Shown here: piece by piece, positions 9,738-19,249 of the stretch
Layout of the letters: each line of letters starts with the position of its first letter
Numbering within the stretch: the stretch's first letter is position 1
The notes under the pieces: generated by a model
The model's database searches: none
Told to the model about the DNA's origin: nothing
The model's input: only the letters and a program-made list of their open reading frames with translations
Assembly: GCA_965248755.1 (NCBI GenBank)
Contig: OZ252149.1
Location: 544,001-608,000 of the forward strand
Origin: Candidatus Latescibacterota bacterium
Lineage (GTDB): Bacteria; Latescibacterota; CBDEFO01
Direction of reading: 5' to 3'
Length of the DNA: 64,000 nucleotides
Made by a program: the position numbers and the translations under genes

Positions 9738-11132
9738 CTATTTTATATCTTTCCACATTGCTCGAAACGGCTTTTTAGCAAATGCCGGAAAATCCCTCTT
9801 ATCCGTCCATCCTGAAATTGGGAGTGGGAGCCGTTTTATCCATCCGTCCCGCGCGGATAGGTTAAAAAGGAGTCTGGAAGCCCATGAGCCCAGACGATAA
9901 AGGACGCTTGAGGACAGCCCCATTGCCCAGAGCTTAAATATGAACCTTTCGCCCCAGGATGCGATCTTCCTCTTTACAAGTTGATTCCTCCACGTAATAA
10001 GCATCCTTGGAATCTGTATTCCCACAGGGCAGACATCCTGACACGCACCGCATAGAGAAGAAGCATGCGGAAGTTCAAAGAACTCCTCATCTCCTTCGTA
10101 AAACGGTGTCAGTACTGAACCTATCGGTCCCGAATAGACGCCTCCGTAGGCGTGCCCGCCGACTTTTCCGTACACAGGACAGACGTTAAGACACGCACCG
10201 CATCTAATGCAATATAAAGACTCCCTAAAAGGGCTCCCCAAGATCTGCGACCTGCCGTTGTCCATAACGATAAGATGAAACTCTTTTGCGCCGTCCAGCT
10301 CATCCGGAGCCTTAGGACCGGTTACAAAAGACACATATATCGACATCTTTTGACCGGTTGCACTCCTGTTTACAAGCTTTAAGAACACAGGAACGTCTTC
10401 CAACTTCGGTAGAACCTTTTCCATGCCCATAATCGCTACGTGAACGTCAGGCAGAGTCATGGTCATCCTGGCGTTCCCCTCGTTCGTGATGACCAAAACC
10501 GTCCCCGTCTCGGCGATAGCGAAGTTCACTCCCGTGATCCCCATATCGGCGTTTTTGAATTTTTCCCTCAGAACTTTCCTCGCTTTGCCTGCGATCGCAT
10601 CGGCTGAAGGGGGAAATTCTTCTCCAAATTCTTGAGAAAATAGCTCTGCAGTCTGTTCCTTCGTCTTGTGGATCATAGGAGCCACAAGATGAGATGGTCG
10701 CTCCCCCGCAAGCTGAATGACGAAGTCCCCCAGATCTGTCTCCGACACCTCAATTCCCGCACTCTCCAAAGAAGCATTAAGCTCGATCTCCTCGGTCGTC
10801 ATAGACTTCGATTTTACGACAGACTTAACTTTCCTGTCCTTAGCTATCCCAACGACAATCTTCCTCGCCTCATCAGCATCTGAGGCCCAGTGGACAATTC
10901 CCCCGGCACGAGATACATTTTTTTCAAGCTCATCTAAATATCTATCCAGACCCTCGATAGTCTTCCTTTTGATCTCCCTTGCCCTCTTAACCAGGGCCTT
11001 CCTGTCGGGAATCTCAGCAAATGACTTTATCCTCCCATCCACAAACTTATCAGTCGCTCTCTTTACCGCAACCTGAAGAAGCTCGTCCTTGATAGCTTCT
11101 GAGCTTTCCTGTGTAAAGTTATGTCTGTTCAA
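9738..11132 (-). CDS. lutB: Lactate utilization protein B (LUD plus 4Fe-4S)
   Basis: KSKSMTTEEI, ETDLGDFVIQLAGERPSH, CIRCGACLNVCPVY, SSLCGACQDVCPV. Confidence 0.95.
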   Translation of the reverse strand: MNRHNFTQESSEAIKDELLQVAVKRATDKFVDGRIKSFAEIPDRKALVKRAREIKRKTIEGLDRYLDELEKNVSRAGGIVHWASDADEARKIVVGIAKDRKVKSVVKSKSMTTEEIELNASLESAGIEVSETDLGDFVIQLAGERPSHLVAPMIHKTKEQTAELFSQEFGEEFPPSADAIAGKARKVLREKFKNADMGITGVNFAIAETGTVLVITNEGNARMTMTLPDVHVAIMGMEKVLPKLEDVPVFLKLVNRSATGQKMSIYVSFVTGPKAPDELDGAKEFHLIVMDNGRSQILGSPFRESLYCIRCGACLNVCPVYGKVGGHAYGGVYSGPIGSVLTPFYEGDEEFFELPHASSLCGACQDVCPVGIQIPRMLITWRNQLVKRKIASWGERFIFKLWAMGLSSSVLYRLGSWASRLLFNLSARDGWIKRLPLPISGWTDKRDFPAFAKKPFRAMWKDIK

Positions 11133-11188
11133 GTATAGCTCCCAGAAAACAAGCAGACAGTAGACAGGGGCACCTCACCCCTCCCTGT

Positions 11189-11929
11189 CTACTCTTTAGT
11201 TGACTCTACACCTCTCCCTTTTACTAAAAGCTCCGCAATATGCATTACCCTTGTCTCGATCCCCCTTCTTTTCAATCCTCCTGCTATATTCATCATACAG
11301 CCCGCATCGTTTGCAATTACCACTCCTGCCTTACATCCCGCAATCGAGTCAGTCTTATCCTTCAACATAGCACCGGAGATCTCGGGGTACCTCACGGAGA
11401 ACGCCCCGCCGAATCCACAGCATTTATCCATTCCCTCCATCTGGATGTACTCTGCGCCCTTCACGCACTCTATCAATCTGACCGACTCATCGGTAAGACC
11501 TATTGCCCTTTGATGGCAGGAAAAATGATAGGTCACCTTCCCTTCAAAGTGCGCATGCACATCCTTAACACCGAGGACATTTACCAGAAAATCGGCAAAT
11601 TCATAGCACTTTTTCCCCAACTCTTCAGCTTCTCTTTTCATCCTGTCGTCGTCTTCAAAGAGCAGAGGATAGTACTCCTTCACCATAGCGACGCACGACC
11701 CCGAAGGAGCCACGACATACTCACTCTTTTCAAAGACCCTTATCATCCTCTTGGCAAGCCTTCTCGTCTCATCCCAAAAGCCGTTGTTGAAAGCGGGCTG
11801 ACCGCAGCACGTCTGGCCCTTTGGAAAATCCACGTCCACGCCCAGGCCCTTCAGCACTTTTACAGAGCACACTCCTGCCTGAGGATAGAACAGATCAGCT
11901 AGACAAGTGATAAAAAGCGAGACTTTCAA
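11189..11929 (-). CDS. lutA: Lactate utilization protein A (two CCG domains)
   Basis: LFITCLAD, QTCCGQPAFN, PSGSC, CCGFGGAFS, DAGCMMNI. Confidence 0.93.
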   Translation of the reverse strand: MKVSLFITCLADLFYPQAGVCSVKVLKGLGVDVDFPKGQTCCGQPAFNNGFWDETRRLAKRMIRVFEKSEYVVAPSGSCVAMVKEYYPLLFEDDDRMKREAEELGKKCYEFADFLVNVLGVKDVHAHFEGKVTYHFSCHQRAIGLTDESVRLIECVKGAEYIQMEGMDKCCGFGGAFSVRYPEISGAMLKDKTDSIAGCKAGVVIANDAGCMMNIAGGLKRRGIETRVMHIAELLVKGRGVESTKE

Positions 11930-11979
11930 TCTATCTCCCGTTCAGTTTTAAAGACTAAGCTACTACCTCATAAACGACC

Positions 11980-12101
11980 TTAGATACTTCTCCGTCTTCG
12001 GGCCAGTAGCCTTAGCGGGCTTGTTTTTCCCTCTAACGCTATTGACACAAATCCGTTGTAGCCCACGTTCCTCAATAGTGGGAATATCCTGTCATAATCT
12101 A
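11980..12101 (-). pseudogene. 3' remnant of a sugar phosphate isomerase/epimerase (TIM-barrel) gene
   Basis: LDYDRIFPLLRNVGYNGFVSIALEG resembles the xylose-isomerase-like C-terminal motif; directly adjoins the tandem repeat. Confidence 0.5.
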
Positions 12102-12317
12102 AGACCCTATCTTTTCTAAAGACCTCATCTTTTCTAAAGACCTCATCTTTTCTAAAGACCTCATCTTTTCTAAAGACCTCATCTTTTCTAAAGACCTCAT
12201 CTTTTCTAAAGACCTCATCTTTTCTAAAGACCTCATCTTTTCTTATGACCTTATCTTTTCTTATGACCTTATCTTTTCTTATGACCTTATCTTTTCTTAA
12301 GACCTTATCTGTTCTAA
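12102..12317. repeat. Tandem repeat, 12 x 18 bp (AGACCTCATCTTTTCTAA and variants)
   Basis: Units at 12102, 12120 ... 12300; in one minus frame they read RTDKVL, RKDKVI x3, RKDEVF x7, RKDRVL. Confidence 0.95.
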
Positions 12318-13151
12318 CTTTGTGTCCTCCAGTCCCCTTGAAAACATGTACATTCCTCCAGAAAAAACAAACGCGGCTGTGATCACAAGGGAAAGCGGAG
12401 TGTGAACGACCTCCTCTGTGCAAGGAATAACATTGTAACCTGGGATAGCGAACGAATCTCCGGCATTTAAGAGCACTATCGGAAGGAGATTGAACAGACC
12501 GTGAGCCAGAATCGAAGGGAACACCGAATTTGCCTTCAAAGCTATAAATCCCAGGGTCAATCCCGCCGGAAATGCCCCGAAAGCTTGCCAGGGAATCATG
12601 TGAAACACGGCGAAAAATAGGCTCGAATAGAACACACCTTTAAGCCTCCCCCTATTCTTAACCAGCCCGTATTGGAAAAGCCCTCTGAACAACAATTCCT
12701 CTCCCACAGGAGCCACAATCGCAATGAAAAATATCACCTCCAAAACCCCTGTCCAGCTATTTGCTGTCATAAGATCTACAAACATCTGGGTCACAAAATC
12801 GGGCGCAGGGAAAAACTCCTGTATTATATTATCCAATTCGCTTATCAACACCGATAAAGACAAGGAGATAAGCACTACGGGCCAAAGTATCCTCAATGGA
12901 AATTCTCTTAAGCCCAAAACCTCCCAAACCGTCGCATGACCCCTTTTTCTCAGGCCCAAACCGATCAAGAAAGCTATTGTCCCCAAGCTGATCAGCAGAA
13001 GCTTCAGGTTATCCGTCAGAACAGGAATAGGGAAAAGCATCAACCCCAGTACGGTAGATGCACCCCAACCTATAAATATGAGAAATATGCAGTTTGATAC
13101 GTCAGGATAGACCTTATCTCTATCTTCACCAGTATCCCTGTCCTCGTCCAA
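12297..13151 (-). CDS. CPBP (Abi/CAAX) family intramembrane metalloprotease
   Basis: EELLFRG, FAVFH, HGLFN motifs with many TM segments. Confidence 0.9.
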   Translation of the reverse strand: MDEDRDTGEDRDKVYPDVSNCIFLIFIGWGASTVLGLMLFPIPVLTDNLKLLLISLGTIAFLIGLGLRKRGHATVWEVLGLREFPLRILWPVVLISLSLSVLISELDNIIQEFFPAPDFVTQMFVDLMTANSWTGVLEVIFFIAIVAPVGEELLFRGLFQYGLVKNRGRLKGVFYSSLFFAVFHMIPWQAFGAFPAGLTLGFIALKANSVFPSILAHGLFNLLPIVLLNAGDSFAIPGYNVIPCTEEVVHTPLSLVITAAFVFSGGMYMFSRGLEDTKLEQIRS

Positions 13152-13360
13152 GATTTAACCTCCTGTAAGTGCTATTGTTCCGACCTCTCATATTTATAAG
13201 ATCTGGGAGATATTTGGATACTGGATGCGAACAGACTGAGGCTTGTGTAAAGTTAGAAAGATGAGAACCTTCTAGATGAGCTGCCAGATGAACTGATAAA
13301 GTAACAGAGCCATTTCTGTAAGATCCCGTAGGGCAGATTAAAGAGAAACTACGAAGGCTA

Positions 13361-14083
13361 TCACCTAGTCTGGATCGTCCCCTCGTGGATATCGATCTCG
13401 TCCCTGTTCCTTACCTGGTCAACAGCTCCATCTCTCAGATCAACTACCCTGTCGGAGGCTACTAACATCTTGTGGTCGTGAGTGTTAGTTACAACTGTCG
13501 TTCCAATTTCCTTACTCATCACCTTCAGCAATTCGATGATCTCGGCGCCCGTTTGGAGATCCAGATTTCCCGTGGGCTCATCCGCCAGGATGATCTTGGG
13601 ATCGTTAGCCATAGCCCTTGCGATAGCGACGCGCTGTTGCTGGCCGCCCGATAGCTCAAAGGGTTTATGGTGCAGGCGATCTCCAAGTCCCACTTGTTCA
13701 AGCTTGCGAGCTGCCTTCCGGTCATATTCCTCCCTGCTTAGCCCGGCAAAGACCATAGGAAGTGATACATTTTCCAGCGCCGTCATAACTGGAATCAGGT
13801 TGAACGTCTGGAAGATATAGCCGATGCTGTGACAGCGAAGGTATGCAATATGGTATTGATCGAGGCCGCCGATGTCCGCCCCGCCGATGAGCACCTTTCC
13901 TTTTGACGGTCGGTCCAGCGCACCGATCATGTTGAACAGAGTAGTCTTTCCTGAGCCTGAGGGTCCCATAATAGAAAGATATTCCCCCTGATACACCGTA
14001 AGATCGATACCCTTTAAAGCGTCCAGCTTAACGTCGCCCATTATATATGTCTTCCACACATCATGAATCTCTATGATATTCAT
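13361..14083 (-). CDS. ABC transporter ATP-binding protein (LolD/MacB-type), no permease adjacent
   Basis: GPSGSGKTT, LSGGQQQRVAIARA, ILADEPTGNLD, THD; ATG at 14083 after AAGGAGG. Confidence 0.9.
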   Translation of the reverse strand: MNIIEIHDVWKTYIMGDVKLDALKGIDLTVYQGEYLSIMGPSGSGKTTLFNMIGALDRPSKGKVLIGGADIGGLDQYHIAYLRCHSIGYIFQTFNLIPVMTALENVSLPMVFAGLSREEYDRKAARKLEQVGLGDRLHHKPFELSGGQQQRVAIARAMANDPKIILADEPTGNLDLQTGAEIIELLKVMSKEIGTTVVTNTHDHKMLVASDRVVDLRDGAVDQVRNRDEIDIHEGTIQTR

Positions 14084-14195
14084 GTTCTCCTCCTTGACGT
14101 TTTTCAACAGATGAAAATCAACGGTAAAAGTTCAGTAGGGATCTCTAAAGGACATCATTTCAGCGTAGCGCCAAGGTAAGCCTTTTCCCAAAAAG

Positions 14196-14262
14196 TGTGG
14201 TGGGTCAGACATTCCTGTCTGACATGGATACTTTGAGGACAGACAAGAATCTCCGTCCTACT
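14196..14262. repeat. REP-like palindromic doublet (GTCAGACATTCCTGTCTGAC family)
   Basis: 28-bp TGTGGTGGGTCAGACATTCCTGTCTGAC identical at 14196-14223 and 39650-39677; companion ACAGACAAGAAT motif at both loci. Confidence 0.8.
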
Positions 14263-14346
14263 CTTGGTGTCCCGAGACCCTAAAGGGACGGGAGAGGTGC
14301 CCCTGTCTACCCCCATAGATTCAATCAGAGGTCTACGCTTTGCTGT

Positions 14347-14604
14347 CTACCTGATTTCTCCGTCGTATCTTCCTCTTGCCCGCCTGAAGATGACAAAATG
14401 CAAGATGATGCCCACAAAGAGTCCGAGCACATAGAGCCCCGTCGCGCCGACGCTTTCGGTAAAATGTTTTACTGCCATTCCTCCGACGAACATCGGTATT
14501 ACGGTGATCATAATCTTTGCAGTCGAATCGCCAAATTTCGGAGCGAGGAATCTGATCAGGCCTCCAACGATCAGGCCGAAGATGATCGAAGCGATTATGA
14601 TCAT
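14347..14604 (-). CDS. Small hypothetical membrane protein
   Basis: 85 aa, three hydrophobic segments; start overlaps the stop of the upstream ORF. Confidence 0.55.
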   Translation of the reverse strand: MIIIASIIFGLIVGGLIRFLAPKFGDSTAKIMITVIPMFVGGMAVKHFTESVGATGLYVLGLFVGIILHFVIFRRARGRYDGEIR

Positions 14605-14792
14605 TTTCTTTTCTTCCCAGACGGGGATCTGGCGGACTGTCTTTTAAGTCTTTGATTCACAATGTAAGGATGAGGAATATAGCGGCGCAGATATTCGAGC
14701 GCCCTCTTTCGAGTGCGTTCTTTTCCCTCATTCGGGAGGGGCTCTTGCGGTTCTTCAAAATTCTTGTCCGTCTTACCTTTCAAAGATGACAT
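14601..14792 (-). CDS. Small basic hypothetical protein
   Basis: 63-aa ORF with AAAGGGA upstream, ATGA-coupled to the next gene. Confidence 0.4.
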   Translation of the reverse strand: MSSLKGKTDKNFEEPQEPLPNEGKERTRKRALEYLRRYIPHPYIVNQRLKRQSARSPSGKKRK

Positions 14793-14828
14793 TGCAACAT
14801 CCCTTTCGCTGTGAACGTTTTTCTCAAT

Positions 14829-15103
14829 TAACCCGAATAATTCACAAACAAAGGTCGTATATTAATTAAAGGATTGTATTATATTATAGTTATGACGTTT
14901 AACCACCTTCGGTGTCATTGCGAGCCGAAGGCGAAGCAATCCCCCCGATAGATTTAATCGGGGGTTACTGTGGTAGATGTAATACTCTCCGGCTCTCATA
15001 GGAGACCACTATAAAACCTTGAGATTGCTTCCCCGACGGATTCTATCGGGGATCGCTTTGCTCCTCGCAATGACTCCACCAAGTTTATGAATTAATCGGG
15101 TTA
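14829..15103 (+). mobile_element. MITE family A, copy 2 (about 275 bp)
   Basis: Terminal inverted repeats TAACCCGAATAATTCA ... TGAATTAATCGGGTTA; homologous to 5588-5842 but carries an extra CCCCGATAGATTTAATCGGGG hairpin. Confidence 0.85.
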
Positions 15104-16029
15104 AAAAGCCTTTCAATAGAGTCCAGCATTTCGAGCGCGTCTTCGTATCCCATATTCAGCGTTTCGACTATCTTTTTTCGGTCCTTCGTTATTTTACCTG
15201 CAGGCGTCTTAGCCTTGGGACGCAATACTACGGTAGTTTTTTCCTCTCCATTCGGTAGTAGAGTCCCAGCCTCTCGTTGAGATATGTAAGAAATCGTCTC
15301 ATTGTACGTATTGTGCCGGTTCTGTATGGCCCCCATAACCCCGGACGCTGCATTCTTGAAGTAATTTCTAAATATCAAGAGTTCTGCATCTGATTGTCTC
15401 TTCTTCTTGTACCCCTTCATCTGTGTCAGTACAATAAGAAGGTGTGTGCATCCCAAGTCCAGGGCTTTCTTGACGGGTATGGCGTCGGCTATGCCTCCGT
15501 CTGTGTAGAAGGCTCCATCTATTTCAACTTCCGAGGGACAGGCTCCCGGAAGCGAAAGACAGGCGTAGATCACCTTAAGCAGATCCTCACTTCGGTTTGT
15601 GAAATATACCGGTTCTCCCGTCCGTGCATCGGCAACAGTAAAACAGCATTCGATGTTGGAGCCCTTGACCTCCTCAAGGCAAAGGGGAACCCTCTCGGCA
15701 AAGACTTTATAGACCAGGTAATCCAGGTTCAGCAGGGGATATTCTTTGTATCTTTGCGTAAGACCGCAGATCAGATTGGAATATCTGACGAATCTGTCCC
15801 CGTGCAGGTGGTTCTCCCATATTTCGACCATGTCATCGTACTGCCCGCTGGAAAAGTAGGCCAAAGTAGGGACGCTTGATGACGTGGCAAAGGCATAGTT
15901 GAAGCCTGTAAGACCATTTTGGGAAAGGGCCTTCAAGACGCCGACGACGTAAGCGCCTCTGAGCCCGCCGCCCTCCAGGACTAAACCGATTCTTTTGGTC
16001 GAATCGCTCATAGGAGTCTCTAATTTCAA
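15085..16029 (-). CDS. Patatin-like phospholipase family protein
   Basis: LVLEGGGLRGAY, YTDGGIADAIP, LIVLTQ; last codons and stop lie in the MITE. Confidence 0.85.
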   Translation of the reverse strand: MKLETPMSDSTKRIGLVLEGGGLRGAYVVGVLKALSQNGLTGFNYAFATSSSVPTLAYFSSGQYDDMVEIWENHLHGDRFVRYSNLICGLTQRYKEYPLLNLDYLVYKVFAERVPLCLEEVKGSNIECCFTVADARTGEPVYFTNRSEDLLKVIYACLSLPGACPSEVEIDGAFYTDGGIADAIPVKKALDLGCTHLLIVLTQMKGYKKKRQSDAELLIFRNYFKNAASGVMGAIQNRHNTYNETISYISQREAGTLLPNGEEKTTVVLRPKAKTPAGKITKDRKKIVETLNMGYEDALEMLDSIERLFNPINS

Positions 16030-17072
16030 TGAAGCTCCACAGCCTGCCCCGTCCGCGCCGATCGATAAGCCGCTTCCACTACTTCCACCACATCCAGGCC
16101 ATGGGTTGCGGGCGATAAGGGCTCCGCTTTCCCAAGTATGACATCCAGGAAATTGGCCACCGGCCCCTCCACCTGCCTCATATCCGATTCTTCGAGCGTC
16201 ACCGGGGACGATCCGGACTTTTGGAACGTAACTCTAAAGGGGAGTCCCTCTACCTCAAGGGTGCCTTCAGAACCGAAGTAGCGCTTCTGTACTCGGCGGT
16301 CGATTATTTCGCTATCTCCTACTCCCAGAATAGAACAGATCGAACCGTTCTCCATTTTCATAGATACGGCAGAACGCAAATCCATATCCGGATTGTCCAT
16401 GAAGGCGTAAACTTCCACTGGCCTTAGGCCGGTCGTCCACAGGACCTCCGAAACAAGGTGCGAAGCGCCGTCTATGAAGTACCCTCCACCGCTCAAGGAG
16501 GGATCGGATCTGTAGAGCGTAGGAGGGACGACTCCCGGAAGCGATTCGGGAGCAGGGACCTTTCCGAAGACATGTCCTACGTTGCCCACCCAACTTAACG
16601 CTAAAGCCTCTATCTTTCCTAACTCGCCAGATCCAATAAGGTCCTTAACATAGTTTGTATGAGCCCCGTAAGGGGGATTCAGAGCCACTATAAGAACTGA
16701 TCCCATCCCATCTGAAAGTTCTACAAGCCTTTTGGCTTCATCAGAGGTTAAAGTCATCGGCTTTTCTAATAAAACGTGCAGGCCTCCTTCCAGAGCGAAG
16801 ACCGTCTGTTCGTAGTGCAGCGATGGAGGCGTGACGATCACAACACCGTCCATTTCCACCGACTCTATCATCTCTTTGTAATCGGTGAATGTGCGCTCCA
16901 CACCGAAGTAATCGGCCATCTTTTTGAGCTGAACCTCGCTGCGCCTGCAGATAGCCACAATCTCGGCATCCTGCGATGCTGCAAGGTCAGGCATATGCCT
17001 CCTTGAGGCGAACCATCCCGCTCCGATCACCCCTATCTGCAATTTCCGCTCCGTGCTCATAACAGAAGGCAT
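16026..17072 (-). CDS. Gfo/Idh/MocA family oxidoreductase
   Basis: IGVIGAG, VTPPSLH, HVLLEKP, SGGGYFIDGASH, VVEAAYRSA. Confidence 0.9.
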   Translation of the reverse strand: MPSVMSTERKLQIGVIGAGWFASRRHMPDLAASQDAEIVAICRRSEVQLKKMADYFGVERTFTDYKEMIESVEMDGVVIVTPPSLHYEQTVFALEGGLHVLLEKPMTLTSDEAKRLVELSDGMGSVLIVALNPPYGAHTNYVKDLIGSGELGKIEALALSWVGNVGHVFGKVPAPESLPGVVPPTLYRSDPSLSGGGYFIDGASHLVSEVLWTTGLRPVEVYAFMDNPDMDLRSAVSMKMENGSICSILGVGDSEIIDRRVQKRYFGSEGTLEVEGLPFRVTFQKSGSSPVTLEESDMRQVEGPVANFLDVILGKAEPLSPATHGLDVVEVVEAAYRSARTGQAVELH

Positions 17073-17322
17073 TGAGGCTGTCCGATCTACCTGAAAGAGA
17101 GGTTGCCCATCCTCCTTTCCTGCAAATACTACTGTCCCCGTTAGTAGGCGAAGACGCGAGCGTCTACCCTCTAAATACGCTTAAATCGGGCACAGACTCA
17201 GGGCCGACCCCACGCAAGTCTATATCAAAAAGTGCTTGCTTTAAACCAGCATATCTGTTAGATTTTATCTTTATCTCTTTCTTAAAACAATTCAGAAAAA
17301 TAGAAAGTGAGGTCAACTTAAC

Positions 17323-17553
17323 ATGGCAAGGAGATGCGAAATCTGCGGCAAAGGTCCTGTCAGCGGCAATACCGTTGCGCGCAGAGGATCACCCAAGAGA
17401 AAGGGCGGAGCCGGAAGGAAGATCACCGGCATCACCAAACGCACTTTCAAGCCTAATCTACAGAGAACGAGAGCTGTGGTGGACGGATCGCCGAGAAGGA
17501 TAAAAGTCTGCACCCGATGCATACGCTCCGGCAGAGTAACCAAAGCAGCGTAA
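17323..17553 (+). CDS. rpmB: 50S ribosomal protein L28
   Basis: MARRCEICGK..GN, TKRTFKPNLQ, IKVCTRCIRSG. Confidence 0.96.
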   Translation: MARRCEICGKGPVSGNTVARRGSPKRKGGAGRKITGITKRTFKPNLQRTRAVVDGSPRRIKVCTRCIRSGRVTKAA

Positions 17554-17790
17554 CACTTTGAATTTCAGCTCGACCGGCGCAAGTTCCTGAATACAGATGT
17601 GCGTATCAGTCCGTCCTCTTTTCTGTCCTTTGTCTGCAGGCAACGATAAAGGCACAACTCGATTCCCTCGAAATCCAACCACTCATCTCTCTACTGAACC
17701 AGAACAAGGGCGATATCATTTTGATTTCATCTGGATGATAGACAAAATAGGGAAAAGAAACTCAAAAGTCAAGTAAGGAAAAAAGTTGTT

Positions 17791-18624
17791 TTAGCCGGCA
17801 AACTCCACCTGAATCTGCTTGGGGATCACACCCTCCTCAAAGCCCCGTCCGAGGAGCGTCTCTATCGCCTTTTTACCTCTCTGTCCGCAGTCGAGTGTGT
17901 AATCGTTGACGTACATCCCGATGAACGTATCGGCCAAGTTCTCATCCATACCCCTTGCCCAGTTTAAGGCGTAAGACAGGGCCTCCTTTCGATGATCCAG
18001 TGAATATTGTATGCTTGCGCGCACTATCCGCCCGATAAGTTTCATCTTCTCCTCGCCCAAATCCTTCCTAACCACATTTCCCCCTAAGGGCAGCGGAAGT
18101 CCCGTCTCTTGATGCCACCACTCTCCTAAATCTATAATCTTGTGGAGTCCCATCTTTTTGTACGTCAACTGGCCTTCGTGTATGATAAGACCCGCATCTG
18201 CCTTCCCATCTGCTACTCTTTCTAATATCTGATCGAACGGAACTACGATATATTCAAATTCTGTGGTGAGGAGGTTCAAGGTCAAAAAAGCCGTAGTCAT
18301 AGTCCCCGGTATCGCTATCTTCTTTTCCACAATCTCATCTGCAGTAGTAAAATGCGAAGAAACCAGCAGTGGACCGTAGCGGTCCCCCATGCTCGCCCCA
18401 GAGGTCAAGAGAGAATAGTTATCCGAGACGTAGGCGTAGGCGTGGATTGAGATAGCCGTCACCTCCAACTCACCGCTGAGAGCCCTTCGATTCAAGGACT
18501 CTATGTCCTCCACCACGTGTTCAAACTCAAGCCCATAGGTGTCTATCTTCCCTTCAGCCAGACCGTAGAACATAAACGCATCGTCCGAATCGGGGCTGTG
18601 TCCGAGTCTTATGGCATCTTTCAT
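17791..18624 (-). CDS. mqnD: 1,4-dihydroxy-6-naphthoate synthase
   Basis: LGHSPDSDDAFMFY, DIESLN, GLIIHEGQLTY, TGLPLPLGGN, MYVNDYT. Confidence 0.92.
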   Translation of the reverse strand: MKDAIRLGHSPDSDDAFMFYGLAEGKIDTYGLEFEHVVEDIESLNRRALSGELEVTAISIHAYAYVSDNYSLLTSGASMGDRYGPLLVSSHFTTADEIVEKKIAIPGTMTTAFLTLNLLTTEFEYIVVPFDQILERVADGKADAGLIIHEGQLTYKKMGLHKIIDLGEWWHQETGLPLPLGGNVVRKDLGEEKMKLIGRIVRASIQYSLDHRKEALSYALNWARGMDENLADTFIGMYVNDYTLDCGQRGKKAIETLLGRGFEEGVIPKQIQVEFAG

Positions 18625-18627
18625 CTA

Positions 18628-19245
18628 CTATTCTCCCGAACTTTTCGAACCTTGCCACTCAGGGTAGAGTTTGTGCTCTATTCCCAAGAGACTCAAAACG
18701 CGTCCTGCGATGAAATCTCCCAGGTCGTCGAAGGTTCTGGGCTTTTGATAGAACGCCGGCATCGCAGGCACCACCCTTGCACCGGCTTCAGCTACCGCTA
18801 CCATATTGCGGAGTTGTATCAGGTTCATCGGCGTCTCCCGCGGGACGATGATCAAGGGCTTGCCCTCCTTGAGCGTCACATCCGCAGCCCTTTCAAGCAG
18901 TGTGCTTGAAGACCCACAAGCTATTGCAGAAAGCGTCTTTGCAGAGCAGGGAACCACGACCATGCCGTCCGTCTTGACAGAGCCGCTTGCCAGAGTCGCC
19001 GAGAGGTCGTTTATGTTGTGCTCCTTTAGGATGCCATTTCTGACTTCGTCCCCGTACAAGCGTATCAGAAAATCGCTGAACTTCTCCTTGGACGGCTCAA
19101 AATCGGTCTCGTCCTGAAGCAGAAAACGGCCGTACTTGGATATAACAAGTCCCACCTGATGACCCTCCACAAGGAGGGCTCTTAGAAGCCTCAACGCGTA
19201 GACGGCCCCGCTGGCTCCTGTTATAGCCACAACAATATGTTTCAT
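18628..19245 (-). CDS. ubiX: Flavin prenyltransferase UbiX
   Basis: VAITGASGA, ASGS, PCSAKTL, RAADVTLKE, RETP, PAMPAFY; real start ATG at 19245. Confidence 0.93.
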   Translation of the reverse strand: MKHIVVAITGASGAVYALRLLRALLVEGHQVGLVISKYGRFLLQDETDFEPSKEKFSDFLIRLYGDEVRNGILKEHNINDLSATLASGSVKTDGMVVVPCSAKTLSAIACGSSSTLLERAADVTLKEGKPLIIVPRETPMNLIQLRNMVAVAEAGARVVPAMPAFYQKPRTFDDLGDFIAGRVLSLLGIEHKLYPEWQGSKSSGE

Positions 19246-19249
19246 TCTT

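Noticed and set aside
12102..12317. CRISPR array
   Set aside because: Units are contiguous with no unique spacers, and no cas genes are in the window
11980..12423. 147-aa RKDEVF repeat protein as a real gene
   Set aside because: Its start lies out of frame inside the CPBP gene; the open frame is a by-product of an 18-bp stop-free unit
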